DNA from: an uncultured Candidatus Saccharibacteria bacterium
GTDB taxonomy: Bacteria > Patescibacteriota > Saccharimonadia > UBA4664 > CAZJNH01
NCBI GenBank assembly: GCA_964547425.1
Contig: CAZJNH010000001.1
Coordinates: 71,295-111,248, forward strand
Direction of reading: 5' to 3'
DNA length: 39,954 bases
In this document: positions 24,401 to 33,476 of the stretch, piece after piece
Layout of the letters: each line of letters begins with the position of its first letter
Numbering within the stretch: the first letter of the stretch is position 1
Translations under genes and position numbers: made by a program
The notes under the pieces: model-generated
Seen by the model: the letters and a program-made list of their open reading frames with translations, nothing else
The model's database searches: none
Told to the model about the DNA's origin: nothing

Positions 24401-26554
24401 TTATTTAATCCGGTAAACGCCTGTTACTTGCGGCAGCCGTTCGAGCTTTTTGATCAGAGACGCCAGGATATATAGGTCCAGAATCTCCACATCCAGATCG
24501 GTTTCGACCTTATTGTCCTTTAAATCCCGGCTCTTAATGCCGGTAATATTGATGCCCAGGCTGGAGACTGATGAGGTGATGTCACGCAGCAGGCCGATAC
24601 CGTTGTCGGCCATTACCCGCAGCCGCGCCTTGGTTTGCTGGCCTTTAATCTCCCAGTGGCAGGCCACCATCCGGTCGGGATCATCATGAGGCACGTTGGC
24701 GCAGCCGCGGCGGTGGATGGTCACGCCGCTGCCCCGGGTAATGTAGCCGATAACCGGCGTTGGATAGGCCGGCTTGCAGCACTGGCCCAGCTGGTAACTC
24801 AAGTTAGGCTGTTTGGCGATAATGATTTTGCCGGTAGCGGTTTCAGGTTTTTTGGCGACGATCCGCGGCAGTACACGTTCAGTCGGCGGGAACAGCTTTT
24901 TCAGCACTGCGCCGACGGTCAGCATTCCCTCTCCCACAGCCGACATCACATCATCCAAAGATTTATAGGGCACCCCTTCGAGTAGTTCTTTAATCTGCTG
25001 TTTGGGAACCTCTTCGATGCGCTTCAATCCCCAAGCCTTCAGGCTTTGGTCGATCAGCGCCTTACCTTGAATGAGGTTGCTCGACTTGTCCTGGCTACGA
25101 AACCAGGCACGGATTCGGTTGCGAGCCGCGGCGGTTTTGACAAACCCCAGCCAGTCCCGGTTCGGTGCCGGGTCTTTTTTGGTTTGGATCCGTACTACGT
25201 CCCGGTTATCTAAACGGGTATCGAGCGGCACCATTTTGCCATTCACGGTAGCGCCGGCGGTTCGCAGGCCAACATCGGAGTGGACTGTAAAGGCAAAATC
25301 AACCGGCGTGGCGCCCTCCGGCAGGTCGTACAAATCCCCTTTTGGCGAGAAGACAAAAATGCGGTCTTCGAACAAATCCAGCTTCAGCGACTCCACCAAA
25401 TCCTGGCTGGGATCCGGGCTGGCATGGATCTCGGTCAGCTTGCGCACCCATTCCAGCTGTTTCGGCACCTTACCGGCCATGGCGCCGCCCTTATAGGCTT
25501 TGGACTTTTTCCATTGGTCGTAAAAAAAGTGGGCCGCCAGACCATTTTCGGCTAACTCATGCATTTGGGGTGTGCGGATTTGGATTTCGGTAATTTTACC
25601 GTCCAGCGCGAACACGGTGGTGTGCAGTGACTGGTAGCCGTTGGGCTTGGGTACGGCGATGTAGTCTTTGATCCTGTGGATCAGCGGCTTGTAATGCTGA
25701 TGGATCACACCCAGCGCCTTGTAGCAGTCGGCCTCGGTCGGAACTATAATCCGCACCGCCGTTAAATCGTGAATATCGTCTATATCCTCTACCTTCTCTA
25801 GTTTTTTAAATATGCTATAGAGATGTTTTTGGCGGCCTTCGATACTAAGGGCCTCGACTCCGCCGGCTTCAAGTTCGTCCTTAATCTGGCGTTTGAGCTT
25901 GGCCAGGTAACGGTTGGTTTCTTTGGTGACGGCCTTAACCCGAGCCTCAATATCTTTATAGGCCTGGGGGTTAATGTAATGAAAACTCAAATCCTCTAGC
26001 TCCCCTTTCAGCTGACCCATACCCAGCCGGTCGGCCAGGGGCGCGTAGATGTCGAGCGTTTCTTCAGCGATGCGTTTTTGGTCGGCCATCGGCAAAGCTC
26101 TGAGGGTTTTGAGGTTGTGCAGGCGATCGGATAGTTTGATCAGAATTACGCGCAAGTCTTTGGACATGGCCAGCAGTAGTTTACGGATGTTTTCACTCGA
26201 GTCCTGCCGGCGGGTTTCAGCTTGGGTAACGGATGAGAGGTCGACTTGGCCCAGCTTAGTGACGCCCTCGACTAAACCGGTGATCTCTGGACCGAATTTG
26301 TCGCTTAACTGTTTAGGAGTGGTTTCTGTATCTTCTAGGGTGTCGTGCAGAAGCGCGGCGGCGATGGCTTCGCTGTCTAGCTTGAGGTCACCCAGGTACT
26401 GCGCGACCTCGACGGGATGGGAAATAAAAGGCTCGCCGCTTTTGCGCTTCTGATTGGCGTGCGCTCGGGCGGCAAACTCTTCGGCCTCTTTAATTAGCTT
26501 CAGCTCCGACGATTTAAACTTTTTGTCGTCCAGCGAAACGGCGGTTTTGCTCAC
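24401..26554 (-). CDS. rel: Bifunctional (p)ppGpp synthetase/hydrolase (Rel/SpoT)
   Basis: RKSGEPFISHP, LHDTLED, RIKDYIAVPKPNGYQSLHT, EIQIRT, TGS, CC and ACT domains. Confidence 0.96.
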   Translation of the reverse strand: MSKTAVSLDDKKFKSSELKLIKEAEEFAARAHANQKRKSGEPFISHPVEVAQYLGDLKLDSEAIAAALLHDTLEDTETTPKQLSDKFGPEITGLVEGVTKLGQVDLSSVTQAETRRQDSSENIRKLLLAMSKDLRVILIKLSDRLHNLKTLRALPMADQKRIAEETLDIYAPLADRLGMGQLKGELEDLSFHYINPQAYKDIEARVKAVTKETNRYLAKLKRQIKDELEAGGVEALSIEGRQKHLYSIFKKLEKVEDIDDIHDLTAVRIIVPTEADCYKALGVIHQHYKPLIHRIKDYIAVPKPNGYQSLHTTVFALDGKITEIQIRTPQMHELAENGLAAHFFYDQWKKSKAYKGGAMAGKVPKQLEWVRKLTEIHASPDPSQDLVESLKLDLFEDRIFVFSPKGDLYDLPEGATPVDFAFTVHSDVGLRTAGATVNGKMVPLDTRLDNRDVVRIQTKKDPAPNRDWLGFVKTAAARNRIRAWFRSQDKSSNLIQGKALIDQSLKAWGLKRIEEVPKQQIKELLEGVPYKSLDDVMSAVGEGMLTVGAVLKKLFPPTERVLPRIVAKKPETATGKIIIAKQPNLSYQLGQCCKPAYPTPVIGYITRGSGVTIHRRGCANVPHDDPDRMVACHWEIKGQQTKARLRVMADNGIGLLRDITSSVSSLGINITGIKSRDLKDNKVETDLDVEILDLYILASLIKKLERLPQVTGVYRIK

Positions 26555-26613
26555 AACAGGAGTATTTTAGTCCCATCGTGCCTATACTTCCACAGAAAAA
26601 ACGGAACACTCGC

Positions 26614-26766
26614 CTATTTGGCGCGGACCTGCAAAGCAAAAACCGGCTCACTTCTAGCAATGAAGTTTACCGGGCGGACAGGCTGGCTGACTCGGATCAC
26701 TGGGCGATAAAGGCTGGAGTCACCGACGACTTTAATGGTGTGGACTTTGAAGAACTTTGCGAACAT
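26614..26766 (-). CDS. Small hypothetical protein (50 aa)
   Basis: MFAKFFKVHTIKVVGDSSLYRPVIRVSQPVRPVNFIARSEPVFALQVRAK; AGAAAGGA SD; below the ORF-track cutoff. Confidence 0.5.
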   Translation of the reverse strand: MFAKFFKVHTIKVVGDSSLYRPVIRVSQPVRPVNFIARSEPVFALQVRAK

Positions 26767-26821
26767 TTTGGTTTCCTTTCTTTTGGCGCACTTTTTGTTT
26801 ATTAATTGATCGCGAACTAAC

Positions 26822-27109
26822 TTAGGCGCGGCCTCGCATCTGGGAGGCCTTTAGTACCATGCTCTGCAGGTCGCGGAACAGGTAGAACTGCTGGTTGGCC
26901 GAGTAAACGCGGGAGTTGCCGTCCTTGGCGCTGGTCACAAATCCGGCCTTTTCTAGGCGGATCAGCTCGCGCTGGACGTTGCCCGGGTCCTCTTTAATCA
27001 TTTTGGCCAAGCCGCGAACGTGGATTCGAAAATCAGGGTGCTTGGTATAAACGGCGACAATTTTTCGCCGGGTTTTCGATGTAATAAACAGGTCGAGAAT
27101 CGCCACCAC
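26822..27109 (-). CDS. Winged helix-turn-helix transcriptional regulator
   Basis: LFITSKTRRKI, HVRGLAKMI..DPGNVQRELIRLEKAGFV..GNSRVY; AAGGAGG SD. Confidence 0.85.
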   Translation of the reverse strand: MVAILDLFITSKTRRKIVAVYTKHPDFRIHVRGLAKMIKEDPGNVQRELIRLEKAGFVTSAKDGNSRVYSANQQFYLFRDLQSMVLKASQMRGRA

Positions 27110-27199
27110 ACCCTCCTTTGAATCTAGGTCTAATTTACAACATTACTTTCCATAATGCAAATGCTTAAAATAGTTGCTCAAAGGTTATACAATATGGTT

Positions 27200-27433
27200 A
27201 TGCTTGAGAACTGCACTCACCCGAACCCGATCCAAACCAGCGCCGGCCACTTCTGTTTGCTGTGTGGGCATCTTCTCGACAACTCAGTTCCGCCTCCTCC
27301 GGCCAAGCCGACCGCGGTGGCGATTGAACCCATCGCCGCTCCTCAGATTTCCAAAGTCCACGTCGCCGTCAAATCCGCCTCAACTCCGCTTCTCAACCAT
27401 AGCTCCGCCCCGATCCATGAAGCATCATACTAA
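27200..27433 (+). CDS. Small hypothetical protein with possible zinc ribbon and Pro-rich tail
   Basis: CTH ... CLLC; TACAAT 6 nt before the ATG. Confidence 0.5.
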   Translation: MLENCTHPNPIQTSAGHFCLLCGHLLDNSVPPPPAKPTAVAIEPIAAPQISKVHVAVKSASTPLLNHSSAPIHEASY

Positions 27434-27442
27434 CTTCTTGTA

Positions 27443-28339
27443 CTAGCTTCTAGCTCTCTTGGTCTGCCAGTTGTGGTAGGTCACGAGCAGTGGTGAGGCG
27501 TTGAAGATCGAGGAGTAAGTTCCTGACGCGATACCGGCCAGTAAAGCTAAGACGAATAGTTTGATCGATTCTCCCCCGAACAGATATAACGAAAGTAATA
27601 CCAAAAGCACCGTCAATGAGGTAGTCAGCGAGCGAGCCAGGGTTTCGTTCATACTGTCGTTGACCACTTCCTCAAACGGTTTGCGTTCACGGCGCAGGTT
27701 TTCCCGCACCCGGTCGAACACCACAATCGTGTCATGGACACTAAAGCCGATCACGGTTAGTACCGCCGTCACAAACAAGGCGTCAACTTCGACCTTGAAT
27801 AACCAACCGAGGATCGAGAACAGGCCAATTAGAAATAGCGCGTCATGGATCAACGCTACAATAGTGGCTAGCCCAAAACTAATCGGTTTTACCGGTGGAG
27901 GCGCATTGCGAAAAGCGAAGCCGATGTAGACGACGATCGCTAAGGCAACTAAGATAATCGCTTTGATAGCGCTTCTAGTTAGATCTTTACTGACGGTCGG
28001 GCCGACGTTATTGAATTCGATTTCGCTGTGCCCGGACTTTGCTAGATCGTCTTTGAATTGTTTGTGGTGCGTTTCGGCGGTTTTGGAGTCGGAGGCGTCC
28101 CGATAGCGGATGAGGGTACGGTCGCCGCTTTCCGGCGTAATTGTAATGTCAGAAAGGCCTAGATTTTTTATCAGCGGTGTCACTTGTGCCTGGGTTACAC
28201 TACCCTGGACTTCAATAGCTGAGCCGCCGGTAAAGTCGATGCCCAGGCGCAAGTGGTTCACAAACAGCGAAATCACTCCTGGCAGGATTAGGACCGTTGA
28301 AATGGCGTACCAGATTTTTCGGTGGCCGATAATGTTCAC
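27443..28339 (-). CDS. secF: Protein translocase subunit SecF
   Basis: GIDFTGG, GFSVHDTIVVFDRVREN, GTYSSIF. Confidence 0.97.
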   Translation of the reverse strand: MNIIGHRKIWYAISTVLILPGVISLFVNHLRLGIDFTGGSAIEVQGSVTQAQVTPLIKNLGLSDITITPESGDRTLIRYRDASDSKTAETHHKQFKDDLAKSGHSEIEFNNVGPTVSKDLTRSAIKAIILVALAIVVYIGFAFRNAPPPVKPISFGLATIVALIHDALFLIGLFSILGWLFKVEVDALFVTAVLTVIGFSVHDTIVVFDRVRENLRRERKPFEEVVNDSMNETLARSLTTSLTVLLVLLSLYLFGGESIKLFVLALLAGIASGTYSSIFNASPLLVTYHNWQTKRARS

Positions 28340-29694
28340 GCTTCGGCCTCCAGTCCTTCTAGTCCGTAGAGCTTAGGGTTGCGTCCCGCGTGGGTTCGGA
28401 TCAGCATCCGCATAAAGGTTCGGCTGACGACCACGGCGGTAAACATACTGACAAGTACTCCAATCGCCAGCGTCACGGCAAAGCCTTTGATCACGGTTGA
28501 GCCAAAGTTATACAAGATAACAGCGGATATAAGGGTTGTGACGTTTGAGTCGCGGATGCTCGGCCACGCGCGGTCAAAACCCGCCTCAAGCGCCGCGACG
28601 AAACTTTTGCCTGAGCGCAATTCTTCTTTCATCCGCTCAAAAATTAGAATGTTGGCATCTACCGCCATACCGATTGAAATAATAAACGCCGCGATGCCCG
28701 CCAGAGTTAAGGTTAGAGGGCTGAAGATGAACCACCCGCCCGGGATAAACACGCTTAATTTGAAGTAGCTGACCATCAGGACCGTATATATAAGCAAGGC
28801 CGATACCGCGACGAGGCCGGCTAGCCGGTAGTAAAAAATCATAAAGCCGGCCAAGACGATAAGACCTATTAGACCTGCGACCAAACTGCGAGCGATTGCT
28901 TCTTTACCTAAAGTCGGCCCGACAGTGTGTTGTTCGCCCAGGCTAATTGGCACCGGCAAAGCTCCGGCGTTAATCTCTAAGGCGATATCTTTGGCTTGTT
29001 TGATGTCGAAATTACCCTGTAGTTGAGCCGTACCATCAGTAATAGCCGAGGATACGGTAGCCGGTCCGAAGATCAGTTGACTATCAAGGAAGGTGGCTAA
29101 CTGTGTGCCCGTTTTATTTATACGGGTTGTCACATCAGCGAATCTTTTTGTTGAGTCCCCCGCCTTCATTCTTAACCGTACGATAGGCTGGCCAGCACCG
29201 GTCTGGCCAGAAAAGTCAGCATCCGCTCTATCAACATCTTTGCCCGAAATACCGGTGTTTACGCAGTATGATCCTTGGAAACAAGGCATTCCACCCGATG
29301 ATTTATTTGTGGTGACTTCCAGAAAAATTAGATTAGCTTGCTGCCCCAATATTCGAATCGCCCTAGAGATGTCGCGTTCGCCGGGCAATTCCACGATGAC
29401 ACGGTTTTTCCCTGCTCTCTGCACGGTCGCCTCGTTTGTACCTGTGCTGTTTACTCTCTTCTGGAGGGCACCGATTAGACTATTCATCGCTCCTTCCTGG
29501 TTGGAGGATGGAATGCTATCAAGATTTGCTAGATAAACCAAGTGGGCGCCGCCCTGGAGGTCGAGGCCGCGTTTAACCTGCAGATTTTGCCTGAGGCCAA
29601 CGTAGCGCAATATGTTGCGCTCTTTTGGGTAAGCGACAATCAGCGCGAACGCCGACAATAGTAAAATCAGATAGAATTTAGTCTTTAGCTTCAT
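28336..29694 (-). CDS. secD: Protein translocase subunit SecD
   Basis: GLDLQGG, AGALPVP, VGPTLG, GMAVDANILIFERMKEE; ATG 29694. Confidence 0.97.
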   Translation of the reverse strand: MKLKTKFYLILLLSAFALIVAYPKERNILRYVGLRQNLQVKRGLDLQGGAHLVYLANLDSIPSSNQEGAMNSLIGALQKRVNSTGTNEATVQRAGKNRVIVELPGERDISRAIRILGQQANLIFLEVTTNKSSGGMPCFQGSYCVNTGISGKDVDRADADFSGQTGAGQPIVRLRMKAGDSTKRFADVTTRINKTGTQLATFLDSQLIFGPATVSSAITDGTAQLQGNFDIKQAKDIALEINAGALPVPISLGEQHTVGPTLGKEAIARSLVAGLIGLIVLAGFMIFYYRLAGLVAVSALLIYTVLMVSYFKLSVFIPGGWFIFSPLTLTLAGIAAFIISIGMAVDANILIFERMKEELRSGKSFVAALEAGFDRAWPSIRDSNVTTLISAVILYNFGSTVIKGFAVTLAIGVLVSMFTAVVVSRTFMRMLIRTHAGRNPKLYGLEGLEAEA

Positions 29695-29730
29695 GTACTG
29701 AAGTATTTTAACAGATATACTAAACAGGCA

Positions 29731-31668
29731 ATGAGTGAGGGCAAAAAATACTATTTGGTGTCTCCGGCTGGTTACGGCGCGACCGACCGATTTGAGTTTA
29801 CTTATCAATCTGATCAGGACTTGCCCGTCGGGTTACTGGTTAAGGTGCCGTTGCTCCGCCGCAGCGTCTGGGGAGTTATTACCGGCTCGACTTCGAAACC
29901 CGACTTCCCGACTAAAACGATCCAAATTCCGGAAGTCAGATACCAGATTCCAGACGCTTTAGTTGAATTAGCGCGGTGGATGTTCAGCTACTATCTCGCT
30001 TCCCCCGCTGCTGTTTGGCAGACCATTTTGCCCGCCGGGCTCGACAAGCCGCCGAAAACGAGCCGGTTTAGCTACGATGCCCCTAAAATAAACTGGCCGG
30101 AGCAAAAGCCGAGCGCGGATCAAGTCAAAGCCTTGGCGGCGGCCAAAAAAGACCCTGGCCCATTTTTGCTTCATGGAGTAACCGGCTCCGGCAAAACCCA
30201 CATCTACATTGAGCTTGCCAAAGAAGCGGTCAAGGCTGGTAAATCGGTAATCATTCTAGTGCCAGAAATCGCGCTGACGCCGCAGATCATCGCCCGCTTC
30301 CATGAGGTGTTTGGCGACAAAGTTATCTCGCGCCACTCACGGATGACGCCGGCCCAAAAGTTCATTAACTGGCAGGAGATTCTAAATTCCAAAGATCCGA
30401 AAGTCATCATCGGTCCCCGCTCCTGCCTGTTTTTGCCGGTTAAAAACCTTGGCCTGATTGCCATCGACGAGTGCCATGAAACTTCCTATAAATCTGAGCA
30501 GGCGCCCCGCTATCAAGCCGACGCGGTTGCTGCCAAGCTGGCCCATCTACACGGAGCAAAATTAATCCTCGGCAGCGCCACACCGAGTTTGTCACAGGTT
30601 TTCCTGGCTCAAAACGATAGGCTTAAATTGCTGGAAATGACTGAACGGGCTGGCGGCCAAACGAAGCCGGTTGGTGAAATAATCGATCTTAGAATTAAGT
30701 CTGGCGGCAGCAGCCGGTTTATATCCAAGCAACTCGAGCAGGCCCTTGGTGAAAGCCTGGCGGCCGGCAAGCAGTCGCTGCTTTTTCTTAACCGCCGCGG
30801 CAGCGCCACCACCCACATTTGCGGCAATTGTGGCTACGTTTCACTCTGCCCCAACTGCCAACTGCCCCTCACCTTCCACCAGGATAAACTTCGGCTAATC
30901 TGCCACCACGACGGCTACCAATCGGCTCCCCCATCGGCCTGTCCCGACTGCGGGCAACAAGCCTTTCGCTACCTCGGCGGCGGTACTCAGCGAATCGAAT
31001 CGGAGATCAAATCCATGTTTCCCGAAGCCCGCCTGGCCCGACTCGACAAAGATACCGCGACCGCCAACTTCGTTAACCAAACCCACGCCGATTTGCACGC
31101 CGAAAAAATCGACATCTTAATTGGCACCCAAATGATCGCTAAAGGCCTAAACCTGCCGCTAATGGACACCGTTGGGATCATCCTCGCCGACACTATGCTT
31201 TATATGCCCGACTACACCGCGACCGAGCGGACATACCAACTGATCAGCCAGGTTAGCGGCCGAACAGGGCGAGCCGGGGAGCCCGGTAAAGTCATTATCC
31301 AAACCTACTCCCCCGACCACCCGGCGATCGTCGCGGCCGCCAACTCAAGTTTTGATGAGTTCACCGAGGCTGAACTGGCACAGCGCAAACTGCTAAAGTA
31401 TCCTCCTTACATTTATTTGGCCAAACTAACCCTATCCGCTAAGTCAGCCGACAAAGCGTCGCAGGAAGCTCATAAACTAGCTGACCAACTCAAACGACAG
31501 CCAGAAATCGAAGTCCTGGGACCCGCCCCAGCCTACCGCGAACAGTTTGGCGGCAAGTTCCACTGGCAATTAATTCTAAAATCCCCACGCCGTTCCTCGC
31601 TCGTTGCAGCCGCCCAAACCATACCTACCAGCTGGACCGTTGACCTCGACCCAGTCAATTTGCTCTAA
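29731..31668 (+). CDS. priA: Primosomal protein N' (replication restart helicase)
   Basis: GVTGSGKT, DECHE, GSATPS, Cys cluster, GTQMIAKG, QVSGRTGR. Confidence 0.97.
   Translation: MSEGKKYYLVSPAGYGATDRFEFTYQSDQDLPVGLLVKVPLLRRSVWGVITGSTSKPDFPTKTIQIPEVRYQIPDALVELARWMFSYYLASPAAVWQTILPAGLDKPPKTSRFSYDAPKINWPEQKPSADQVKALAAAKKDPGPFLLHGVTGSGKTHIYIELAKEAVKAGKSVIILVPEIALTPQIIARFHEVFGDKVISRHSRMTPAQKFINWQEILNSKDPKVIIGPRSCLFLPVKNLGLIAIDECHETSYKSEQAPRYQADAVAAKLAHLHGAKLILGSATPSLSQVFLAQNDRLKLLEMTERAGGQTKPVGEIIDLRIKSGGSSRFISKQLEQALGESLAAGKQSLLFLNRRGSATTHICGNCGYVSLCPNCQLPLTFHQDKLRLICHHDGYQSAPPSACPDCGQQAFRYLGGGTQRIESEIKSMFPEARLARLDKDTATANFVNQTHADLHAEKIDILIGTQMIAKGLNLPLMDTVGIILADTMLYMPDYTATERTYQLISQVSGRTGRAGEPGKVIIQTYSPDHPAIVAAANSSFDEFTEAELAQRKLLKYPPYIYLAKLTLSAKSADKASQEAHKLADQLKRQPEIEVLGPAPAYREQFGGKFHWQLILKSPRRSSLVAAAQTIPTSWTVDLDPVNLL
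29922..29956. repeat. Degenerate 7-nt tandem repeat inside priA
   Basis: CCAAATT CCGGAAG TCAGATA CCAGATT CCAGACG. Confidence 0.5.
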
Positions 31669-31686
31669 ATCAGGTAAAATTAGGCT

Positions 31687-32235
31687 ATGAACCGAGAAGA
31701 CATAGTCACATTACCGGACAAGCGGTTAAAGCAAAAATCGAAGCGGGTGAACATAATCGACGCTTCGGTTAAAAAAATCGTCAAGCAAATGACCGAGGCT
31801 ACCTTGGATTGGGAAGATCACCGGGAGCATGAATCGGCGGCGGCCTTGGCGGCGATTCAGATTGGGCAGGCCTACCGGGTGGTGATTGTGCGGCGGGATT
31901 TGGAGAAAAAGAAAAAGCGGGATTTTGACGTTTTCATAAACCCGGAAATTGTTAAACACGAGGGCGAGCCGGAGGAAGACTTGGAAGGTTGTCTTAGCAT
32001 TAATGGCATTTACGGAACCGTTGCGCGTTACCCAGTCGTAAAGGTTAAAGCCCTCAACCTAGCCGGAAAAGAAGTTAAAGTGACCGCGAAAGGGTTTCTG
32101 GCGCGGGTGTTCCAGCACGAGCTGGACCACTTGGACGGCAAAGTTTTTTTGGAAAGAGTGACCGACCGCAACAAGCTCTTCGAACTCCAACCCTCGGGCG
32201 AATTTACCCCAACAAAGCTCAAGGCCGATGCTTAA
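31687..32235 (+). CDS. def: Peptide deformylase
   Basis: LAAIQIG, EGCLS, QHELDHLDG. Confidence 0.95.
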   Translation: MNREDIVTLPDKRLKQKSKRVNIIDASVKKIVKQMTEATLDWEDHREHESAAALAAIQIGQAYRVVIVRRDLEKKKKRDFDVFINPEIVKHEGEPEEDLEGCLSINGIYGTVARYPVVKVKALNLAGKEVKVTAKGFLARVFQHELDHLDGKVFLERVTDRNKLFELQPSGEFTPTKLKADA

Positions 32236-33088
32236 GGACCGATTATTTTTCTTCGGGACTTCAGACTTTAGCGCTCCGGCGCTGGAGGCTTTAATTAAGG
32301 CCAATTTTAATATCGTAGCCATCATTACTAAACCGGATAAGCCGGGCGGGCGCGGGCAGAAGATTATTGAACCCAAGGTGAAGAAGGTCGCTCAGGTTCA
32401 CAATATCAAAATTTTTCAGCCACTGAAGTTTAAGGACATACGCGAAGAACTTGAGGCACTCAAGCCGGACGCCGGCGTGGTTGTGGCCTACGGCAAAATT
32501 ATTCCGCAATCGATTATCGATCTGTTTCCCAAAGGCTTAATTAATACCCATGCTTCTCTGCTCCCGAAATATCGAGGGCCAGCGCCGATCGAGGCCGCGA
32601 TTCTAGCCGGTGATAAAGAAACCGGGATTACTTTAATGCAGATTGATGCCGGCATGGATACCGGCCCGGCTTACGTTGATGAGAGCATCAATATAGAAAG
32701 CAGCGACCGGCTCGAACTCTACGATAAATTATCGAAAATGGGCGCTGAGATGCTGGTTAAGTACCTACCGGATATCCTAAGTGGCAAACTCAAACCAAAA
32801 TCGCAGGACGATTCAAAAGCTACGGTTATCGGCATGATCAGTAAAGAAGACGCCGAAATCGACTGGAACCAACCCGCCGAGCAAATTGAACGTAAAATCC
32901 GCGCCCACCTCGGCTGGCCGGGCTCCAAAACTAAACTCGGCAATACCGAAGTCACTGTCACAGCCGCCCACGTCGGGGAGCCCGAATCAAAAGATCTAGC
33001 CAAGGGTAACCTAATCATTGACCGACTCAAACCCGCAGGCAAAAAAGAAATGACCGGACGCGAGTTCCTCGCCGGCCACACAATGTAA
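32228..33088 (+). CDS. fmt: Methionyl-tRNA formyltransferase
   Basis: FFGTSDF, VVVAYGKI, NTHASLLPKYRGPAPI, MDTGP. Confidence 0.97.
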   Translation: MLKDRLFFFGTSDFSAPALEALIKANFNIVAIITKPDKPGGRGQKIIEPKVKKVAQVHNIKIFQPLKFKDIREELEALKPDAGVVVAYGKIIPQSIIDLFPKGLINTHASLLPKYRGPAPIEAAILAGDKETGITLMQIDAGMDTGPAYVDESINIESSDRLELYDKLSKMGAEMLVKYLPDILSGKLKPKSQDDSKATVIGMISKEDAEIDWNQPAEQIERKIRAHLGWPGSKTKLGNTEVTVTAAHVGEPESKDLAKGNLIIDRLKPAGKKEMTGREFLAGHTM

Positions 33089-33118
33089 CTCAATTTCCCT
33101 AAAAACATGTATTTCTCC

Positions 33119-33149
33119 AACCTGTTAAGGGTGTAACCCTTTTCAGGTT
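33119..33149. terminator. Hairpin between convergent fmt and rbfA
   Basis: AACCTG-tt-AAGGGT ... ACCCTT-tt-CAGGTT. Confidence 0.55.
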
Positions 33150-33155
33150 AGCAAA

Positions 33156-33476
33156 CTACAGGTTTTTGAGGACGCGGGAGATTTGTTCGGCGTACTCGCC
33201 GCCGTGGTCCAGTTGGAAGTGAAGGCGGGGTACGAATTTGGTGGTCATCCGGCGGTTGACGCTTTGCTGGACATCGCGGCGGACTTCGGCGATTTGCTGC
33301 ATCACCTCTTCACCGTTATCGCTTAAAGTTCCGATCCACACCGTAGCCTGTTTTAAATCCGGCGAAACCTCAACGCCGGTTACAGTTACTAGTGAAGTTC
33401 GAGGCAAAAACTCCGCCAGCGCCAAGGCCACTTCGTGCTGAACCACGCTTTCGACCTTCTCCGTTCGTTTTGACAT
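33156..33476 (-). CDS. rbfA: Ribosome-binding factor A
   Basis: VTVTGVEVSPDLKQATV, KFVPRLHF; TAATG coupling to infB. Confidence 0.93.
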   Translation of the reverse strand: MSKRTEKVESVVQHEVALALAEFLPRTSLVTVTGVEVSPDLKQATVWIGTLSDNGEEVMQQIAEVRRDVQQSVNRRMTTKFVPRLHFQLDHGGEYAEQISRVLKNL

